The notes under the pieces are model-generated. The model saw only the letters and a program-made list of their open reading frames with translations, made no database searches and was not told the DNA's origin. The position numbers and the translations under genes were made by a program. A stretch of 64,000 nt of DNA from Bacteriovoracaceae bacterium. Lineage in GTDB: Bacteria > Bdellovibrionota > Bacteriovoracia > Bacteriovoracales > Bacteriovoracaceae. Positions 55,097 through 64,000 of this stretch are shown one piece after another (positions within the stretch are counted from its first letter, which is position 1; the number at the start of each line of letters is the position of its first letter). The stretch spans positions 246,426-310,425 of the forward strand of contig CBDCYX010000012.1 in assembly GCA_965224385.1 (NCBI GenBank), read 5' to 3'.

Positions 55097-58000
55097 TTAA
55101 TGTGAGTAGTCCCGATCCCCGAAGGGGATCCCGTAATTTCCTTCCGTTCCTTTGAACACACGCCAGAAGGCGACACAAAAGTCGTTGGCGGGGCAGTCAT
55201 CGCCGGCATCGCTTGAACCATCGAGTATTGTCGTCGTGTAAGGTAAATCCACGTACTGTTTACCCGCCCAGTTTACGTCGCTAACTTCAGAAACGATCTT
55301 ACTGGCGATGCCCTCTTTTGTAAGAGAGGAAGTTCCAAGGTCAATATGTACGCTATCGAGGTTGACGGTTTTATCTCCCGATCCGCTAAAGTCGTTCGAG
55401 ATAACCCATAGTCCTTCGGCCTCAGCGGCCCCGCTTCCTCCGGTAAGGGGGATAGCGGTTGTTACTACAGTACCTGTTGTGCAATCTCCGCCGTTATCGT
55501 CGTGGTAGATAGTTAAAGTCATTCCATCAAGGATGGCGTTGTTAACGGTCGCCTCTATTTTGTCATTGTCTTTTTTAGCTAACGTCACGTTAATTGTTCC
55601 CGCTACGTTCACGGTGGAACCGATCGCCGCAATCAGGTTATCTATAGCATCGGTAATCGCCGTACTGCCTCCCCCATTATACGTTAGCGGTGTTGTATAC
55701 TCTTTAGCAACCCAAGAACCAAGGGTTCCGCTAAGGGTTCCGCCGGAAAGTTCTATCTTACAAATCTGCCCGTCTTCATCCGAGTCCAAGGCGGTTGCCG
55801 TCGGTGTAGCAACTGCCGTAAGTACTTGGGACTCTCCCGTACTCGTTCCCGTTCCATCGGTTCCGCCTGCCATCGCAACTTCTCCTACGATCTGTCCGTA
55901 AAAGCCGGAGTCGTTTTCATCAATATTACTTCCCCAACACTTAACGGAGTGATCCGACTCCATAATGGCGCAATTGTGTTCGTAACCTGTCGCAATTTCA
56001 ATAGCAGTTTGTCCACCCAAGGGGTCGCCCTCCGTCGTGCCTCTTAAAACACGACTGGAAGCATCAACCCCGCTTCCTAGCTGACCGACAGGGTTCCTCC
56101 CCCAGCAGTATACAGTCTTATCGGTTAAGAGAGCACAAGCGTGATTTCCCCCCACCGTAACCCTAGTGGCAGTTTTGTTAACCCCCAAGGAGGGGGAAGG
56201 GATTCTCTTGTTTCCCCAGCACTTAACGCTAGCGTCGTTGAGAATGGCGCAAGAAGAGATGTCTCCCACTGCAATCTCGGTGGCGGTTTTGTTAACCCCT
56301 AAATTCGGTGTCCCGCCGCTGGTTTGCCCCCAGGCATTGGTCCCCCAGCATTGAACGGTGCTATCTGTCAAGACGGCACAGGTGTGCCATCTTCCCGCCG
56401 ATATGCGATTAGCGGTTGTGCTACCTAAGGGGCCACCTACCGTGCCGCTTATTGTGTTCTTGGCACCGGAGCCGCCTCCTATCTGCCCGTTGCTGTTCTG
56501 CCCCCAGCACTTGACGGTATCGTCGTTTAAGAGTGCGCAGGTATGCTCGTCTCCCGCCGCCACGGACTTGACCGTCTTGGGGGTCGCCCCGTCTCCGGTG
56601 TCTCCCAAGACGGCAACGCTAACATCTGTCGGAGTGCTTCTCGGGTTAGTATCGCCAACTCCCAGTTGTTCGCCGCCGTTTTGCCCCCAACACATTAAAC
56701 GCCCGTGGTTTAAGCTTCCGTTTTTTAAAATAATGCATTGGTGGTTGTACCCCGACTCAAGAGCTTGAGGCGTATTATTACCTAAGTTCTCCTTGATATG
56801 AGTTTTGAAAGGGGAGGTACTAACACTCCCCCATGCTTCCACCTCACCGTTATCAAAAAGGACGTGACTGGAGCTTCTCCCAAGGGCGAGGGTTTGGGGT
56901 CTCGCTTTATTGCACGTTCTTCCCGATATTGTATAACCCGAGGCACAGGAAAAGGGGCAGGAATCGGCATCGGTGGCAGCTCCATCTAACCAAGAACCAA
57001 AGCCCGTCATACCCGTAATGTTCGTGCAACCGACCTCGGTACCCGATGCGTTGACGTAATTCCCGAGTGTTGGATACTTACACTCCCGAGCAGAGGAATC
57101 CTTCAAATAACCGGCACTACAGGAAAAGGGACAGGTGGCGGCCGTTGCGGCGGCACCCGCTATCCAAGTAGCGGTTGCCGTTCCTTCAGTCGTAATAGGA
57201 TTAGAATCACAGGATGCCTCGGTATTTCCGGTGTTGACGTAATTTCCTGTGGAAGGAAAGTTACAAGACCTTCCGCTTTTCACGAAACCTGTACTACAGG
57301 AAAACCCGCAACCGTCGGCGGCAGACACCGCTCCCGTATTGGCGACAAAGTCATCAAACCCTCCTGTGTCTTCCGTGATAGGAGAGCAAGATTTCTCTAC
57401 TCCGTTATCCGCATAATGTCCCTTACGGGGAATATTACACGCCCTCCCGCTTTTCACAAAACCTGTACTACAGGAAAAGGGACAGGCGTCTGCCGTTGCG
57501 GCGGCACCCGCTATCCAAGTAGCGGTTGCCCCTCTTTGAAGCGTAATAGGACTGCATGATACCTCGGTACCACTCGCATTGACATGTTTTCCTTTTGAAG
57601 GAACGCCACAAGTATTTTCTCCCGTGTTTTTTAAATAACCGCCGTCGCAGGTGTAACAGCCATCCGCAGAGGAAAGCTCCGTCGTTGTCGCAGGAGAGGA
57701 GTTGCTAGGCGTAGGGCAAGCTGTTCGGGCATTATTGTTTGCAGGCGAGTAAAAGTTCGCCGCCGTCTGTTGGCATTTTGTCGGGTCTTGGGTGTTGTCG
57801 TATCCTCCAGCACAGGTAAAACAAGCGTCTGCGGAAGAGCGCCCTGTCGTTGTCGTAGGAGAGGAGTTGTTAGGCGTAGAACAAGCGATTCGGGCATTAT
57901 TGTTTGTAGGCGAATAGTAGGTCGCCGCCGTCGGTTGGCATTCTGTTTTATCCACGACGTTGTCGTAACCTGCATCGCAAGCAGTTATTGTGCAAGTCTC

Positions 58001-58249
58001 GCTATGCTTTTTTGTCGTTTTATTCCAAACTTTTTGACCGCTACCGTTGTCGGTAGTGCAAGCTTTTGGTTTCGTGCTAGAGCTTGCCCCCGACGAATCC
58101 CCGCCGCCGCCGCCACTGTCACTGTCACTACCGCAGCTCGACAGTAAGAGAAGAGTAGCTACGAGAAAGTGGGGTCTCATTAATTCCACACCAAGAAGAG
58201 TGAGGTACCGTAAAAAAGTAAAGGTGTTTTTTGTGAGGATTGTTTTCAT
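55097..58249 (-). CDS. Large surface lipoprotein of the Cys-repeat/RCC1 family (member P3)
   Basis: AAGGAG 8 nt upstream of the ATG at 58249. Lipobox LLLSSC at the same distance (39 aa) as in P1. Seven (C/A)WG motifs. C-terminus ..DDCPANDFCVAFWRVFKGTEGNYGIPFGDRDYSH. Confidence 0.85.
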   Translation of the reverse strand: MKTILTKNTFTFLRYLTLLGVELMRPHFLVATLLLLSSCGSDSDSGGGGGDSSGASSSTKPKACTTDNGSGQKVWNKTTKKHSETCTITACDAGYDNVVDKTECQPTAATYYSPTNNNARIACSTPNNSSPTTTTGRSSADACFTCAGGYDNTQDPTKCQQTAANFYSPANNNARTACPTPSNSSPATTTELSSADGCYTCDGGYLKNTGENTCGVPSKGKHVNASGTEVSCSPITLQRGATATWIAGAAATADACPFSCSTGFVKSGRACNIPRKGHYADNGVEKSCSPITEDTGGFDDFVANTGAVSAADGCGFSCSTGFVKSGRSCNFPSTGNYVNTGNTEASCDSNPITTEGTATATWIAGAAATAATCPFSCSAGYLKDSSARECKYPTLGNYVNASGTEVGCTNITGMTGFGSWLDGAATDADSCPFSCASGYTISGRTCNKARPQTLALGRSSSHVLFDNGEVEAWGSVSTSPFKTHIKENLGNNTPQALESGYNHQCIILKNGSLNHGRLMCWGQNGGEQLGVGDTNPRSTPTDVSVAVLGDTGDGATPKTVKSVAAGDEHTCALLNDDTVKCWGQNSNGQIGGGSGAKNTISGTVGGPLGSTTANRISAGRWHTCAVLTDSTVQCWGTNAWGQTSGGTPNLGVNKTATEIAVGDISSCAILNDASVKCWGNKRIPSPSLGVNKTATRVTVGGNHACALLTDKTVYCWGRNPVGQLGSGVDASSRVLRGTTEGDPLGGQTAIEIATGYEHNCAIMESDHSVKCWGSNIDENDSGFYGQIVGEVAMAGGTDGTGTSTGESQVLTAVATPTATALDSDEDGQICKIELSGGTLSGTLGSWVAKEYTTPLTYNGGGSTAITDAIDNLIAAIGSTVNVAGTINVTLAKKDNDKIEATVNNAILDGMTLTIYHDDNGGDCTTGTVVTTAIPLTGGSGAAEAEGLWVISNDFSGSGDKTVNLDSVHIDLGTSSLTKEGIASKIVSEVSDVNWAGKQYVDLPYTTTILDGSSDAGDDCPANDFCVAFWRVFKGTEGNYGIPFGDRDYSH

Positions 58250-58393
58250 GAAGATATCTCCTTATATCTAATGGATTAAAAATAATCTTATGTCGTTTTT
58301 AAATTATACTTTTTCTATATTTATTTTACAAAGTATTTATACCTTACAAATTAAAACGGTCGGGATTTAAATATCGAATTAAAAAATAGGAGA

Positions 58394-58684
58394 TTAAAAT
58401 GTTTTAGGTTTGAAGTCGTTTTTATTTGTAATGCTTGCGCTGTCTCCAGTTGCTTTAATCACAAAAAGTCCCTGCTTTTCTGAATATATTGTCGCATGAA
58501 CATCATATCGAAGATAACCAACGGCACCGTAAACTTGTTTTGAAGAATACTCGGGGAATATTTCTTTAAAAATCGCTAACTTTTTTAAAAAGTACTTCGT
58601 ATCGTCAATTCTTAAAGTAGTTTTCACCTCAACAACAATGACTTCATCTCCATTCACCGCAAGAATATCAAATTCATAATTCAT
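58394..58684 (-). pseudogene. 5'-truncated paralog of the PD-(D/E)XK protein at 53532..54155
   Basis: MNYEFDILAVNGDEVIVVEVKT...FKPKTF aligns with the C-terminal half of the 207-aa paralog. The first 22 codons of the track ORF derive from the IS terminal repeat at 58729-58748. Confidence 0.6.
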
Positions 58685-58878
58685 TTTTTCTTCTTTATGA
58701 GGACGAACTCTTGTCATTGTCTTATCTACTGGAGAGTCAGGAGTTCTCATTCTGAAAAAAAGCTATTTCGCAAGAAACCATCATCTCAACCTTCAAATTT
58801 TGTTTTTTCTTAAATGAATTTCTTCAAGTTTGACAGGAGTTCTTGACCCCTCTATGGAATCTACGAAGTTTAAAAGAC

Positions 58879-58931
58879 CCTTTTTGACCGGCCGCACTTC
58901 ACCTTTGCTCGACATGGGGCATTGTACCTTT
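58879..58931 (+). repeat. Solo right end of IS21 copy-1 type
   Basis: Matches 4128-4181. No istA or istB is adjacent. Confidence 0.7.
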
Positions 58932-58955
58932 GGGGATTCCGATTACTCATATTAG
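58929..58955 (+). pseudogene. Last 8 codons plus stop of another family member (FGDSDYSY*), all that remains after truncation at the IS21 end
   Basis: TTTGGGGATTCCGATTACTCATATTAG compares with the ..IPFGDSDYSH termini of the intact paralogs. Confidence 0.6.
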
Positions 58956-59013
58956 TAAAGATGTAATCTACGCTTGACAGCAAAACTACATCATGTCATG
59001 ATTACTCCTCAAT

Positions 59014-60000
59014 ATGAAGATTTCAAAACGCTTTATTCACGACATTTTTTTTAAAGAAATCTACGCCGATAAAAGGTATTCCCTAGATATTTTTAAACTT
59101 GTTTTAACGAAGACCGAGTACTCCCTTTTCGATTGGAAGACGCTTAAAAGTGAGCTGACGAGTTTTGTCGATACCGAACAACGGGAAAAACGCATGGATT
59201 TAACGTTTTCGGTAAAACTGAAACGAGGAAAGCAAACGGCGAGGATACTCTTTCTTCTTGAACACAAGAGCTACCGTAACGATGATTTGCTCGTTCAAAT
59301 GCTCGAATATCAAACGGGCATTTATCGCCGAACCCGAACCCCGGTTATCCCCATTCTCGTCTACCACGGGAAAGAAAAGAAATGGCGAGGCGTTCTCAAT
59401 TTTCAGGACTCCCTAAAGGGATTAACTCCGACGGTTAGGCGAAAGTTTCAAAAGAATATTTTAAACTTCACCTGTAAACTGCTCAACATTAGGGAACTGA
59501 ACATTCGAGGTTCGGCAAAAAAGCTCGTTACGGCGCCGGTTCTTCTTATTTTGCAACAAATTTGGAAACTCGATGCAAACAATGTTGAAGAGTTCTTTTT
59601 GCTATCTCAGCATTTACCTGACAAAGAACGAAGAGACCTGATAATGAAGGCGAGCAACTACATAAGAAAAAACGATCCCGGTTTTCATTGGCATCGTTTA
59701 ATTGAAATAGAGGAAAAAGTTATAACAGAGAAAGGAGAGAGAATTATGTTTTCATTAAAAGACACTCTTGACGAAGTGAAGGAAGAGGGACGACAGGAAG
59801 GAATTGAAAAAGGAATTGAAAAGGGAATTGAAAAGGGAATTGAAAAGGGACTCTTAAAAGGACGACAAGAAGGAATTCAAAAAGGAAAGCAAGAAGTTGC
59901 GTTAAAACTTGTAAAGAAAGGTTTTGACCTTGAAGACGTCGCCGAGAGTACGGGGGTTCCTAAAGACGACCTTGAAAAACTGCGCGGGTCTTTAAAATAA
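59014..60000 (+). CDS. Rpn/YhgA-like PD-(D/E)XK family protein
   Basis: ..FFKEIYADKRYSLDIFKLVL.., MDLTF...ILFLLEHKS, a (GIEK)4 linker and a ..ALKLVKKGFDLEDVAESTGVPKDDL.. tail. Confidence 0.75.
   Translation: MKISKRFIHDIFFKEIYADKRYSLDIFKLVLTKTEYSLFDWKTLKSELTSFVDTEQREKRMDLTFSVKLKRGKQTARILFLLEHKSYRNDDLLVQMLEYQTGIYRRTRTPVIPILVYHGKEKKWRGVLNFQDSLKGLTPTVRRKFQKNILNFTCKLLNIRELNIRGSAKKLVTAPVLLILQQIWKLDANNVEEFFLLSQHLPDKERRDLIMKASNYIRKNDPGFHWHRLIEIEEKVITEKGERIMFSLKDTLDEVKEEGRQEGIEKGIEKGIEKGIEKGLLKGRQEGIQKGKQEVALKLVKKGFDLEDVAESTGVPKDDLEKLRGSLK
59800..59847 (+). repeat. 12-bp tandem repeat x4 (GGAATTGAAAAG; encodes GIEK x4)
   Basis: Counted directly. Confidence 0.9.
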
Positions 60001-60238
60001 ACTTTTATGTCGGCACCCCCTACACAAAATTTCTTAAAGTCTCGCTAAACCCAACATCAAAGCATCTCTAAGTGGTCTAACCATTTAATTTTCTCCCTAG
60101 TAATATCTTTGCTCGTGAGTCAGGGATTCTCGCCTTAATTTATAGGCCTCTTTTAGAGGGAGAGCTTCATCCCATTGGCCTCTAAGTTTTTCTTACCGGA
60201 GAACTCCAGACTCTCCAGTTATTAAGAGAAACTCTATA

Positions 60239-60526
60239 TTGTCGGGTAAGGAATTGAAGTTTTTAAGAAAATATTTGGGGTACTCAGGTGCCGTATTTTC
60301 AAGGCCGATTGGCCATGAGGCAGAGCATTTATCTAGACTTGAACACGGTAAGGCCAGTATACAAGAAGTTTTTGATAGATTAGTACGACTATTAGTAGGC
60401 CAAAGAATACCTGAGCGAGATTATGACCTCCAAGATTTATTTTTAGACAATAAGTTGATGAAAACTACTTGGTTAGAATTTTCGATTTCCCCTAAAAAAG
60501 GTTGGGTTTTTAAAAAGGCCTCATAA
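60239..60526 (+). CDS. XRE-like HTH domain protein, probably 5'-truncated (antitoxin-like C-terminal domain)
   Basis: ..GKELKFLRKYLGYSGAVFSRPIG..HLSRLEHGK.. fits the HTH_XRE pattern. It starts at a TTG 20 nt after an IS terminal repeat (60198-60218). Confidence 0.4.
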   Translation: MSGKELKFLRKYLGYSGAVFSRPIGHEAEHLSRLEHGKASIQEVFDRLVRLLVGQRIPERDYDLQDLFLDNKLMKTTWLEFSISPKKGWVFKKAS

Positions 60527-60701
60527 AACATGGGCCGCCAATTAATGGGCAAATTAGAGGTATTTTAAAATGTGGTCATTGCCTGAGAATTAGAAAAATA
60601 GATTTTGCAATACATCATGCTTAAAAGTTGGACTTAAACTTTTTGACTATTGCGTTGCAAAATGACAGCAAATAAAGCAATTAAAGTAGCATTAAAAAAT
60701 T

Positions 60702-61321
60702 ATGAAAAATAAGCAACAAGACAATGTCCACAATAACTTTTTTAAGGACTTTTTCTCGACAAAACGTTATGGAGTCGAATTCCTAAAACTTGTCCTTCGT
60801 CCTTCACAATTCAATCTCTTTAATTGGGACACTCTCAGATCGGAGATGGAAACTTTTATTACTCGCGAAGGCCTAGAGAAGAGAACCAACCTTATCTTTT
60901 CCGTTAATTTCAAAGGTGGACGAAAGGGGCAGAAAGCAAAGATTATCTTTCTTATTGAACACAAGGCATACAAAGACAAAAAGCTCTTGTTTCAACTTTT
61001 GGAATATCAAGCAGTCTTGTATAAAAAGGAACCCGTCCCCATCATCCCCGTTGTTTTCTACCATGGAAAAACAAAAACCTTTAAACACTCTTTAAATTTT
61101 CATGATTCTTTAGAGGGACTTCTACCTTCGGTTAGAAGAAAGTTTGCAAAACACATTCCCAATTTTGAACCGATTTTGTTAAAGGAAGGCAAGAAGGAAG
61201 GAGAGAGGTTGCCTTAAAACTTCTTCAAGAAGGGGTCGATTTTAAAGTCATCAAAAAAACTACGGAACTTTCTGAAGAAGAAATAAAAGTCATAGAAAAA
61301 GAAATTCTTAAGGAAGGATAG
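60702..61321 (+). pseudogene. Rpn/YhgA-like gene with an internal out-of-frame deletion
   Basis: The first ~160 codons are near-identical in protein to 4923..5963. The frame breaks at ..EPILLKEGKKEGE... The C-terminal ALKLLQEGVDFKVIKKTTELSEEEI.. continues in another frame to 61321. Confidence 0.75.
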
Positions 61322-61514
61322 TTAAAAAGAGATTTTGCCTGTGTGTGGGGAGACTTTAAAAAAGTTTGTGTATGAGTGAGGCCTTCTTTATCTCAGTATC
61401 CAAAATAATGGAGAATGCTCTCTGGCGATTTTTTGTTTTTTTTGGGCAGCAGTGTTATTTTGGTAATTCTTTGTGAATTTTTTAAGGAATGTAAACAGGC
61501 CCTAGTAATAATTT

Positions 61515-62624
61515 CTAAAAAACTAAAGAGACCTGTACTCCACTCATTTCTGAGAGTTTTATATTGTTAACGTATTTTTTTCTGGGTTTTTTATGAGTAA
61601 CACTGATTTCCAAAGGCCAAAATTTAACCCTGTTGGAAAACGTTGTATACTCGGCATCCAATTGCCATGCTAGATTCATCTGTAGTCTGTCTTTAAAAAA
61701 GATAAAACTTCCAATCCCTCCTCCATAATAACCGTCTTTGATCTCGTAATCCTTTCTCTTGTGAACGCCGATAAAAGGTAGTATTTGGAAGGCACCGATT
61801 CTGTGTTTATACTTTATGTCGTATCTCAAAACAGGGGTGGCATTATAAATAATTTTTCCGGCCTTCTCTTTATTGTCCGATAGCTTCACCACGGGAATCT
61901 CTTCGATACCCATGCTGATTTGAAGGTTTTTCCTTGTATATGTTGTGGTATAATCAAGATTTAAAAATGTTGTATTATTATTCTCTTCTTTAGAACTTCT
62001 ACGTTTTGTGATAGATTTCTTATCCTTGGACAGCTCTTTCGCATCGGCCTGCGTGTGGGAGTCGGTTCTACTAAGTTTGTAAAGATTAATCGCCCCTCCC
62101 CACCGCTTTCTCTCACCGACTTTATAATCGGTGAACAATCCCACCTTTGTTTCAAGATTTATATAGTTGATTACATGGTCGTCACTTGTATCAATATAGG
62201 GAGGAAGATTAGGGGTATCTTTTTTTACCATCGTTACAAGTCCTCCGCCGGAGAACATAAATCTTATGTTTGGTTCAAATTGAATGCGTCTGATATTAAA
62301 AGAAAACAAAGAGATACCGATTTCGGTAAACGCTTTTGCAAAAAACTCGGAGTTAATGTATTTGTCGATAAAACCCAGAGCATTTTTCAATTTTTTGTCG
62401 TCCGAAGTCTTCTCTTCGGATAGTTTTTTACTTTCATCGATAAGATCTAAAATATCACTCATACTTAAAGAAAGGGTAAGAAAATGGTTGTCTGCAGTGA
62501 CGGGGTGTAAATATCGAGTGTAGGTTTGATATCGATCATCAAGAATTTGATACCTCTTAACGAGAACATTGCCCTGAATATTCCAAGCAGAAAAAGAGAA
62601 TAGGCCTAAGAGAAAAACTTTCAT
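61515..62624 (-). CDS. Putative outer-membrane beta-barrel protein
   Basis: Start chosen at MKVFLLGLFSFSAWN (signal-like). Alternating-polarity strands and a C-terminal ..VQVSLVF (terminal Phe). Confidence 0.5.
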   Translation of the reverse strand: MKVFLLGLFSFSAWNIQGNVLVKRYQILDDRYQTYTRYLHPVTADNHFLTLSLSMSDILDLIDESKKLSEEKTSDDKKLKNALGFIDKYINSEFFAKAFTEIGISLFSFNIRRIQFEPNIRFMFSGGGLVTMVKKDTPNLPPYIDTSDDHVINYINLETKVGLFTDYKVGERKRWGGAINLYKLSRTDSHTQADAKELSKDKKSITKRRSSKEENNNTTFLNLDYTTTYTRKNLQISMGIEEIPVVKLSDNKEKAGKIIYNATPVLRYDIKYKHRIGAFQILPFIGVHKRKDYEIKDGYYGGGIGSFIFFKDRLQMNLAWQLDAEYTTFSNRVKFWPLEISVTHKKPRKKYVNNIKLSEMSGVQVSLVF

Positions 62625-63020
62625 ATTAATATTATCTTTTGGATTCCCACTTATTGTCAATTGCGGCAAATTAGGCCATAGAGGTTTTTTTCCATTTTTT
62701 TTTTGATGGTTTTCTGGGATTTTAGGCCATAACAATCGAGAGTTATTATCAGTTTTAGACCTAAAAAAGACTCATCAGCTTCTTCATCACTCGTTGGAAA
62801 ATCAATTGAGAAATCTGTCCAACCTTGCCACCAAGTATCTTGGCCCCTCCCGGCAGGCCCAACAGCACCCATAGCTCCTTTAAAATTTTGCTAACCAAAT
62901 CGGATTTATCCTCTTAGCATTAGTTGACTTTACACAACTCGATACCGGGGCCGCTTTTGAAATTACGGTTTTTTTTAACTCCGATCGAAGGAATCATAAA
63001 AAAACACGGGTTTTACCGCT

Positions 63021-64000
63021 TTAGTGTTCGTAGTCCCGATCTCCGAAGGGGATTCCGTAATTTCCTTCCGTCCCTTTGAACACACGCCAGAAGGCGACAC
63101 AAAAGTCGTTGGCGGGGCAGTCATCGCCGGCATTGCTTGAACCGTTGAGTATTGTCGTCGTGTAAGGTAAATCCTTGTACTGCTTACCCGCCCAGTTTAC
63201 GTCGCTAACTTCAGAAACGATCTTACGGGCGATGCCCTCTTTTGTAAGAGAGGAAGTTCCAAGGTCAATGTGTACGCTATCGAGATTGATGGTTTTATCT
63301 CCCGATCCGGTAAAGTCGTTCGAGATAACCCAGAGTCCTTCTGCTCCGGCGGCACCGCTTCCTCCGGCAAGGGGGATAGCGCTCGTCACTACAGTACCTG
63401 TTGTGCAATCTCCGCCGTTATCGTCGTGGTAGATAGTTAAAGTCATTCCGTCAAAGACGGCGGAGTTAACGGTCGCCTCTATTTTGTTGCCTTGTTTAGA
63501 CAAAGTCACGTCGGTTGTCGCCAAATTTACGGGGGAACCGATCGTTGCAATCAGGTTATCTATAGCAGCGGAAATCGTCGTACTGCCTCTCCCATTATAC
63601 GTTAGCGGAGTTGTATAGTTTTTAACAACCCAAGGGTCGCTAAGGTTTCCCTCGGAAAGAGTTAGAGCACAAACCTTCCCTCTTGCATCTGCTTCCAGTG
63701 CCGTCGCCGTCGGTATAGAAGTTGCCGTAAGCGTTGCCGTTTCTCCCGTACTCGTTCCCATTCCGTCGGATCCGCCTGTCATCGGAACTTCTCCTACGAT
63801 CTGTCCGTAAAAACCATTGCCATTGTTATCAATATTACGTCCCCAACACTTAACGGAATTGTCCGACTCCATAATGGCGCAGGTGTGGTTGTAACCTGTT
63901 TCAACTTGAATAGCGGTTTGTCCGCCCAAGGGGTCACCCAATGTGCCTCTTAAAACCTGATGGGAACCGGCAGTTCCGCCTCCAATCTGAGCTTTGTCAT
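63021..64000 (-). CDS. Surface lipoprotein family member P4, 3' part only (continues beyond the window)
   Basis: The frame stays open to 64000 (..QIGGGTAGSHQVLRGTLGDPLGGQTAIQ..). The C-terminal module is highly similar to P3 and ends ..FGDRDYEH. Confidence 0.85.
   Translation of the reverse strand, partial: DKAQIGGGTAGSHQVLRGTLGDPLGGQTAIQVETGYNHTCAIMESDNSVKCWGRNIDNNGNGFYGQIVGEVPMTGGSDGMGTSTGETATLTATSIPTATALEADARGKVCALTLSEGNLSDPWVVKNYTTPLTYNGRGSTTISAAIDNLIATIGSPVNLATTDVTLSKQGNKIEATVNSAVFDGMTLTIYHDDNGGDCTTGTVVTSAIPLAGGSGAAGAEGLWVISNDFTGSGDKTINLDSVHIDLGTSSLTKEGIARKIVSEVSDVNWAGKQYKDLPYTTTILNGSSNAGDDCPANDFCVAFWRVFKGTEGNYGIPFGDRDYEH

Noticed and set aside
62657-62872. 71-aa minus-strand ORF between the outer-membrane-like gene and P4.
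   Set aside because: It overlaps the extended upstream part of the 61515..62735 ORF and has no recognisable motif or RBS. It is left unannotated.

Overview
Bacterial chromosomal window with fairly low G+C. A ~17.7-kb housekeeping block (16033-33688) carries lipB-lipA, tilS, fused msrB-msrA, a Sel1-repeat/trypsin-like protease, class I ribonucleotide reductase nrdA-nrdB and an osmoprotectant-type ABC transporter. It sits between two heavily rearranged accessory regions (1-16010 and 33700-64000). Three things dominate the accessory DNA. (1) A paralogous family of very large predicted surface lipoproteins. Each has a lipobox signal, ~50-aa Cys-rich repeats, seven RCC1-like CWG blades and a conserved, unclassified ~300-aa C-terminal module ending DDCP..FCV.F.R.F.G..GN.GIPF.DSDY. 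The window holds two complete single-unit genes, one gene cut by the window edge, one 4082-aa ORF that is four such units fused head to tail, and two dead fragments. Nucleotide identity between paralogs is visibly mosaic. (2) Four Rpn/YhgA-like PD-(D/E)XK genes or pseudogenes ('recombination-promoting nuclease / putative transposase' type), three of them lying at the 3' ends of the lipoprotein genes. (3) Many mobile elements. These are two IS21-family elements (one with a recently nested IS flanked by an 8-bp target duplication, one lacking the IstA catalytic core), at least two IS4-superfamily-like transposase families with many solo ends, a 3'-truncated group II intron, and one complete IS200/IS605 element (tnpA + tnpB). 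That IS has three 245-246-bp LE+RE mini-derivatives and one partial copy, all retaining the TnpB omega-RNA-like scaffold. The partial copy, with a sigma70-like promoter, forms the 5' leader of the 4082-aa gene. The most interesting candidates are a recombination-driven variable surface-protein locus and the orphan omega-RNA-like elements placed upstream of secreted-protein genes. Both are inferences from sequence only. I could not run homology searches, structure predictions or genome-wide repeat searches, so family names rest on recognised motifs and all alignments were done by eye.
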